From the IMG/VR virus record IMGVR_UViG_3300045988_149282, positions 33,636 through 97,635 of that record: a stretch of 64,000 nt of DNA; one strand, given 5' to 3'. The notes below the pieces were generated by a model that was given only the letters and a program-made list of their open reading frames with translations, made no database searches and was not told where the DNA came from. Position 1 is the stretch's first letter; each line of letters opens with the position of its first letter. This DNA comes from a virus. Its lineage: Duplodnaviria; Heunggongvirae; Uroviricota; Caudoviricetes. The translations under genes and the position numbers were made by a program. Shown here piece by piece: positions 58,891-64,000 of this stretch.

Positions 58891-59473
58891 TAGATAAGTA
58901 CAAACTATTCATAAAGTGAATTGTAAGTGCTAAGATCTGATAGTTTCCAGTCGTAGACTGGAGACTCGACCTGATGGGTGGGGGTAAGCGTCACTGGCGT
59001 CAGGTTTAAAAAAGCTCACTACCAGCGTAGAACTGGTGCCGTTTAGGTGTCGGGGAAGGGGGAACCAAAGTGAGCAGAGACAAGGGTCACTTTATGATTG
59101 TCGAGTCTGGGGTGTTTCGAGAGGTTGAATCCAGTACTCCCCTTCATAAAGTGTGGGAAGATCTCGGTTCTGGGGTGCTGTCATCCATAACTTCCCAAGT
59201 CTAAGCTGGCAGTAGACTTAGACCATAACTTTTCAGGTTATGAAACGACCAGGTTGGTGAGAGATTTTTATACTCACCTCCCTGGGAGAGTATTACCTGA
59301 AAAGACAACCTCTCACTTCGTTCGAGGTGAACTTCACTCACTTCGTTCGTTCAGTTCAGGTTTATAAAAACCTGTTCTGGGAAGTAATTTGTTTATTTTA
59401 ATAATTATTAACACGCACGCGTGTGCGCACGCGCGAGGAAAAAATCGGCGCGGCGCTTGATTCAGGAGTTTAT

Positions 59474-60064
59474 ATGACGACGAAGACACCAGCCCGATCG
59501 CAAGCAAAAACTCGCAAAAAAGCCAAAAACAAAAATTCTCCCCGCACCAATCCCACAACGCCTGTCGTAGAGTTCAATCCCCAGCTCAAAACCGTGAAAA
59601 TCTTTAGTGATGGCTCTTGCCTTAAAAATCCGGGTGGCCCGGGCGGTTACGGTATCGTTCTCCAGTATCGTGGTGAGGAACGCGAATTCTCAGATGGTTT
59701 TCATAGCACCACCAATAACCGCATGGAGATGATGGGGGCACTTATCGGGCTGGAGCGTTTGAAATATCCATGCAACGTTATTTTGCACTCTGATAGCCAG
59801 TATCTGAAAAACGGCATGACACAGTGGATGAAATGGTGGAAACGCAATGGATGGATGACTTCTGACAAAAAACCGGTAAAGAATGTTGATCTGTGGAAGC
59901 GTCTGGATGAGGCCGCAAGTCGACATAATGTTCGCTGGAAGTGGGTTAAAGGTCACGCCGGGCATCGTGAAAATGAAATATGTGATCGACTCGCGAAGAT
60001 CGCAGCTTTTTCAGCAGCAGATATGCCTCACAAGAAAGATATTGGTTTTGTTTATAACAAATAG
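59474..60064 (+). CDS. rnhA: ribonuclease HI
   Basis: Collinear with E. coli RNase HI ([50 protein letters not shown]); start at ATG 59474 behind AGGAG (track start 59423 adds an unlikely N-terminal extension). Confidence 0.85.
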   Translation: MTTKTPARSQAKTRKKAKNKNSPRTNPTTPVVEFNPQLKTVKIFSDGSCLKNPGGPGGYGIVLQYRGEEREFSDGFHSTTNNRMEMMGALIGLERLKYPCNVILHSDSQYLKNGMTQWMKWWKRNGWMTSDKKPVKNVDLWKRLDEAASRHNVRWKWVKGHAGHRENEICDRLAKIAAFSAADMPHKKDIGFVYNK

Positions 60065-60212
60065 TAAGTAAGTGTTTACCTATCATTTCAAATCATGTAT
60101 CTTATCGGCGTCAGGATGACAATGTGTTGGTAAGACACAGTTCCAGGATGGAACGAGAAAGGCGGCTGGCAATCGCCAGCCGCAACTCTTTCTGACACTG
60201 GATGGAGTCCAC

Positions 60213-60707
60213 ATGGCACGTCAAACCTATTTCACTTCTGTAACTAAACGTCCTCGTTCTTTACGTCAAATTTTGGCCGAATTATTTAGCGGTCGTGTTA
60301 TGTCACGTCTTGATGAACTAGAGACTACCGTTCGGTTGCTGAATGAACGTTTAGATAATCAAGCGTCAGTTGTTGCGAACGTGGGGGCGATTGTTGCCTC
60401 TGGTTCTTCACGCGAAGCGAAAAATGCACGGCCTTTAGTGAAGGAGAAAAACAACAAGGACAGTTCGAATGGAAAATTTTCAAAGAAAGAGGCTGAAACC
60501 AATGGCCTACGTTCTCATTATAGTTTCACTGGCGACGGTAGCCGTTCCAGCCGGTCAGAGCCTTTTGATGCCGGATTCATCCATCACCACACCTTCGTCG
60601 ACGACAATTACCACCACTCCAGTGGAGCGTCCTGTCACTCTGGATGGGATGGCGGTGGATGCGATACCTCAACTTCATCCAGTTACTCAGGATCATGCTG
60701 TGACTAA
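60213..60707 (+). CDS. hypothetical protein with Ser/His/Cys-rich C-terminus
   Basis: 164 aa ORF with RBS; C-terminal low-complexity region containing HHH and CxxxxxxC patterns. Confidence 0.35.
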   Translation: MARQTYFTSVTKRPRSLRQILAELFSGRVMSRLDELETTVRLLNERLDNQASVVANVGAIVASGSSREAKNARPLVKEKNNKDSSNGKFSKKEAETNGLRSHYSFTGDGSRSSRSEPFDAGFIHHHTFVDDNYHHSSGASCHSGWDGGGCDTSTSSSYSGSCCD

Positions 60708-60716
60708 GGCGGTTGT

Positions 60717-60905
60717 ATGAACTGGTTTTCAAATCACTTTGGAAAAATTTGGCTGGCAATTCTTGCCCTCATGGCCGCCGGTTGGGTATCGAACATTATA
60801 AAACTTGTTTGCTCTGGCGATCTCCAGTTTCAGGCTGGCATGACCTTGGCTCGTGTAGTTGGGATTTTTATTTTTCCAGTCGGTTCGGTACTTGGTTATT
60901 TCTGA
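60717..60905 (+). CDS. small membrane protein
   Basis: 62 aa with two hydrophobic segments. Confidence 0.3.
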   Translation: MNWFSNHFGKIWLAILALMAAGWVSNIIKLVCSGDLQFQAGMTLARVVGIFIFPVGSVLGYF

Positions 60906-60998
60906 CGGTTGTTAGTGCATATGCATTGACCGTCTTTGCGTAAGCAATTTATTTAACTAGAAAACAACTTGTTTTGACAAATAACAAAAGGAAAACAC

Positions 60999-61424
60999 AT
61001 GTTAGGTTTCTTCAAAAAGAAAACTCGTAAAGCAGTTATCGAAGTCAAAAAAATGGAGAACCGTGATGCGGTTGAGGCCACCGTGTGGGGCGCGTACATG
61101 ATCTCCTATGCCGACGGCACATGTGACGCAAAAGAAATTGCCATTCTTGAGAAGACAATTGCAGCTCTGCCTGCGTTTTCTCCGTTTGCTGGTGAAATTG
61201 CCCAAATGAGCGCCAATATCCGTGCTCGTTACGAAGCGTCCCCTCGTTCTGCTAATGCACAGGCTATTCGTGAGCTGTCTGATATTGCGGGTACTCCAGA
61301 GGCGGTCGATGTTCTGTGTCTGTGCCTTGATATTGCCGATCAGGATGGCATTGGTGAACAAGAAGAGCAGGCACTGAAAAAGATCGCCCAGGCGCTTCAG
61401 TTGTCACTGGATGCTTATCTCTAA
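60999..61424 (+). CDS. TerB-like domain protein
   Basis: 141 aa; helical, ISYADGTCDAKEIAILEK and LDIADQDGIGEQEEQAL resemble the two metal-binding repeats of TerB-family proteins. Confidence 0.4.
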   Translation: MLGFFKKKTRKAVIEVKKMENRDAVEATVWGAYMISYADGTCDAKEIAILEKTIAALPAFSPFAGEIAQMSANIRARYEASPRSANAQAIRELSDIAGTPEAVDVLCLCLDIADQDGIGEQEEQALKKIAQALQLSLDAYL

Positions 61425-61582
61425 TGCTTGAGAGATTCCGGCTTGTGACCGTCATTGCTCTTCTGGTGATGGCGGTGTTGGTGGATTTTACGGGAAAGAT
61501 GATGTCTGTCATTTCTGATGGCCTCCTCATTGGTTTGGCGATCTACTTCGCTTATCCGCTAGTCCGTAAAGCAACGTGTTAA
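61424..61582 (+). CDS. small membrane protein
   Basis: 52 aa, not in ORF track; start overlaps upstream stop (TAATG); hydrophobic; followed by terminator hairpin. Confidence 0.25.
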   Translation: MLERFRLVTVIALLVMAVLVDFTGKMMSVISDGLLIGLAIYFAYPLVRKATC

Positions 61583-61584
61583 TG

Positions 61585-61613
61585 ACAAGGGCCAAATGGC
61601 CCTTGTGTTTCGT
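61585..61613 (+). terminator. rho-independent terminator
   Basis: acaagggcc aaat ggcccttgt hairpin followed by GTTTCGTT. Confidence 0.55.
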
Positions 61614-61721
61614 TGACCGAAATAGAGAGTTTGCACCTTTACGTTTAGCTTGCTCCCCTTTTATGCCACATCACAATAAAGCCAATAAGAAAACAACTTG
61701 TTTAAGCATTAGGAAAAACAC

Positions 61722-62291
61722 ATGTGCAAGAAATGCAAAGCGATAGCTGATGAACAAAACGCCTTATTCGAAGAAATGGATGCTAATGAACTGGTCAAAA
61801 TGTTAGCCATTCTTCGAGGAATAGAAGACGTTTCCATATTTGAGAGAGTGGTTACAGCACTTAATTTTGAGTCCACCTTTGAAGAGCCAACTCAGGTTGT
61901 AGCTTTAGCACATCATTTCGGTGTTCATTATCTTGCTGAAAAAGAGCGCGCTGATAAGTTGCAGGCGACTTTGGATATGGTGAGCGAGACTCAACGAACT
62001 GATGACACTAACAAGAGTGAGGCGATTATTGCCAGCAAAGATCGTGAAATTGCTGGGCTTAAATCCTCTCTAACGATGTTGATGTCTGCGTTCAATCTTA
62101 TGTCTTCTCAGGCGGGTTATAAAATGCCATCACTAAACAGCGATGATCCGATGGCCGTTCGTCAGCTTTTGGGAGCAATGGCCGACCAACTCGACGACAC
62201 AAAGAGTCGCCTTGAAGACATGATGCGTGAGTTAAGCCATCGACATAACCTCGCAACACAACCACACAAAGTCTTTCAAAGCTCTAATTGA
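61722..62291 (+). CDS. hypothetical protein
   Basis: 189 aa ORF behind AAACAAcTTGTTT motif and consensus start context. Confidence 0.4.
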   Translation: MCKKCKAIADEQNALFEEMDANELVKMLAILRGIEDVSIFERVVTALNFESTFEEPTQVVALAHHFGVHYLAEKERADKLQATLDMVSETQRTDDTNKSEAIIASKDREIAGLKSSLTMLMSAFNLMSSQAGYKMPSLNSDDPMAVRQLLGAMADQLDDTKSRLEDMMRELSHRHNLATQPHKVFQSSN

Positions 62292-62345
62292 TCTGATATG
62301 GCCGCATGATCGGCCATATTGTGTTGATAAAAACAAGGGTGAAAA

Positions 62346-62627
62346 ATGGCATACGGTACAGGGATTTACAACAATAAAGGAATTAACGTTACTGGCTTCC
62401 TTACACCTATTTTTTTTCTTGATCGATTTACGGCGTCATCAGGCTCTAAGACGTACTCTAATCCGCCACCGGGTAAATCACTACATGCCGTGTGGTCATT
62501 AATGCCTCTTAACAACGACAACTACATCAATTTACCTGTTCCAAATGTTACTATTAATGGAAATACGGTTAGTTGGTCAAATTTATATACGGGGCTTGGT
62601 TCTTACATATACACATACTGGGGATAA
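62346..62627 (+). CDS. hypothetical protein (AT-rich)
   Basis: 93 aa ORF, Asn/Tyr/Gly-rich, AT-rich codon usage. Confidence 0.3.
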   Translation: MAYGTGIYNNKGINVTGFLTPIFFLDRFTASSGSKTYSNPPPGKSLHAVWSLMPLNNDNYINLPVPNVTINGNTVSWSNLYTGLGSYIYTYWG

Positions 62628-62629
62628 TT

Positions 62630-63244
62630 ATGTTCGGGATGTCAATTACTCAATCAGATGGAAGTTTGTGGATGAGTCCAGAATTTACTCCGCAAAATCT
62701 GATTAATAAAGGGACAATGTCTGCATCTAAAGGTTCTGTTTTTAAAACATCAATCCCATCAAACAAATCATGCTTTTTCTTCATAAAAAGCAGTAATAAG
62801 GCGAACATGATGTTTATTCATGAACATAGTAACGGATACAATGCTCTCAGATTGCATCAGGTAAATGGTAGCCCCGGAACAATAACAGTTTATGCTTTTT
62901 CTGATATGGTGTTACCACATTCTGGCTATGGCATTGCCATGTATAACAGCGCAGGCGCAATGGTGTATCACGGTGAGATGATGCCCCTTGATGCAAAACT
63001 TATCACTATTACTGACCCACAATTTACAATAGATATGGGGTATCCGTGCGCAGTAATGCCTGCTATGGTTGGGGTTTATAACTATAGACGAACCGATTAC
63101 GACAGACCTGTCTATGTAACTATGACCGGTGCAACTGGAAACCAAGTATATAACGGTCAATGGTATTCCGGTAATGTCACATGGGATATTAAGAAGATTT
63201 ATACAAACAAAATCCTGGTTATAAATACCTCAAAGTATGATTAG
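62630..63244 (+). CDS. hypothetical protein (AT-rich, beta-rich)
   Basis: Start at ATG 62630 immediately after upstream stop; Tyr/Asn/Gly/Thr-rich. Confidence 0.35.
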   Translation: MFGMSITQSDGSLWMSPEFTPQNLINKGTMSASKGSVFKTSIPSNKSCFFFIKSSNKANMMFIHEHSNGYNALRLHQVNGSPGTITVYAFSDMVLPHSGYGIAMYNSAGAMVYHGEMMPLDAKLITITDPQFTIDMGYPCAVMPAMVGVYNYRRTDYDRPVYVTMTGATGNQVYNGQWYSGNVTWDIKKIYTNKILVINTSKYD

Positions 63245-63347
63245 CAAATACCTTTATTTAAAGGATTGCCTGTTAATTTCTATTTAGCACCTTTTCATTT
63301 TTGAAATAATTGCACTATTAAACAAATCTTTTCTTAATGGTGCAATT

Positions 63348-63824
63348 ATGAATACAGCTCTTTCCATCATCGACGATACCAACTCAAACACTGCTATCGA
63401 TTATCGTCAGGAAATGAACGTCATCCACGAAATCGTAGCCGAGTGCGAGAAAGAGATCGCCTTCATGTATCAGGTTCACGACTTCGTTTATGGCGACGAA
63501 CGCCACAACATGATTAATCGCCTGCTGCAACTGAACCATCGACCAGATGAAGAACGCTCACGTTTGAATCGAGCTTGGCTGGATAAAGTCGATCTGGAAT
63601 GGGTGAAACAGAATATTTGGGCCGAGTACTGGAGGAAGGTCACGGATATGACTAACGTTTTGCTGATCATGCCAGCTTCCCGTCGCGACGAGTGGCGTGA
63701 GCAATTTATCGAGGGCAAGCAGGAAGTCATCAAAACTGACAGAACCGGCTATCAGATGAAGGTTAAAGAGTTCGTTGGTGTACCGGAGTTCAAAGTGGAT
63801 ACAGACATCCCTACGATGGCTTGA
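63348..63824 (+). CDS. hypothetical protein
   Basis: 158 aa ORF; no motif recognised. Confidence 0.35.
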   Translation: MNTALSIIDDTNSNTAIDYRQEMNVIHEIVAECEKEIAFMYQVHDFVYGDERHNMINRLLQLNHRPDEERSRLNRAWLDKVDLEWVKQNIWAEYWRKVTDMTNVLLIMPASRRDEWREQFIEGKQEVIKTDRTGYQMKVKEFVGVPEFKVDTDIPTMA

Positions 63825-64000
63825 TCTGACAGCTATCTGCAATTTGCACAGATATCTGCCAGATCTGGTTCAGATTAATACACTATATCTGCCCACCTAC
63901 TCCTTTGAACTTTTCAATAAACGTGACGATTTTCTGGAAAACCGTCTGTTTTTTCGTTTTATATTGCGGGTTTAACGGACTAAGTTTTGGTAATGTCTCG

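Noticed and set aside
59423-59473. Upstream extension of the rnhA ORF (track start 59423)
   Set aside because: The extension overlaps the GC-rich alternating tract and adds 17 residues absent from RNase HI; the ATG at 59474 is preceded by AGGAG.

Overview
The window reads as a contiguous stretch of a temperate phage-plasmid (a phage that is maintained as a plasmid), almost entirely + strand and tightly packed. By gene content it resembles the SSU5/pHCM2-type phage-plasmids of Enterobacteriaceae; this is inference from the sequence only, no search was run. In order: (1) a 5-prime-truncated giant repeat-containing tail fibre gene and a second tail fibre with a C-terminal intramolecular-chaperone domain; (2) a lysis cassette with overlapping spanin genes; (3) a two-gene cargo cassette; (4) a ParA/small-ParB partition module; (5) an opposite-strand GIY-YIG nuclease gene; (6) a replication block (DnaB-like helicase, DnaG-like primase, ATP-dependent ligase); (7) four tRNA genes (Asn, Tyr, Thr, Ser) in a structured non-coding region; (8) an AT-rich island (lipoprotein plus a 442-aa membrane-anchored protein) bounded by a duplicated terminator; (9) glutaredoxin, tyrosine recombinase, HTH repressor; (10) a CobT-like VWA protein plus CobS-like AAA+ ATPase; (11) Pol III alpha, gp32-like SSB, flap endonuclease, RecA/UvsX-like recombinase; (12) a P1-type replicon (repA flanked by 12 and 5 iterons, with a GATC cluster and DnaA-box-like site); (13) SbcCD-like nuclease, RuvC-like resolvase, NrdAB, ThyA, DHFR, DnaQ-like exonuclease, Dam-family methyltransferase, RNase H. 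Two dispersed palindromic motif families recur in intergenic regions and look like a global operator/promoter network. The best candidates for undescribed function are the AT-rich island at 21994-24420, the free-standing GIY-YIG gene, the 10081-11258 cassette and the acidic protein upstream of dam; none can be assigned a function from sequence alone.
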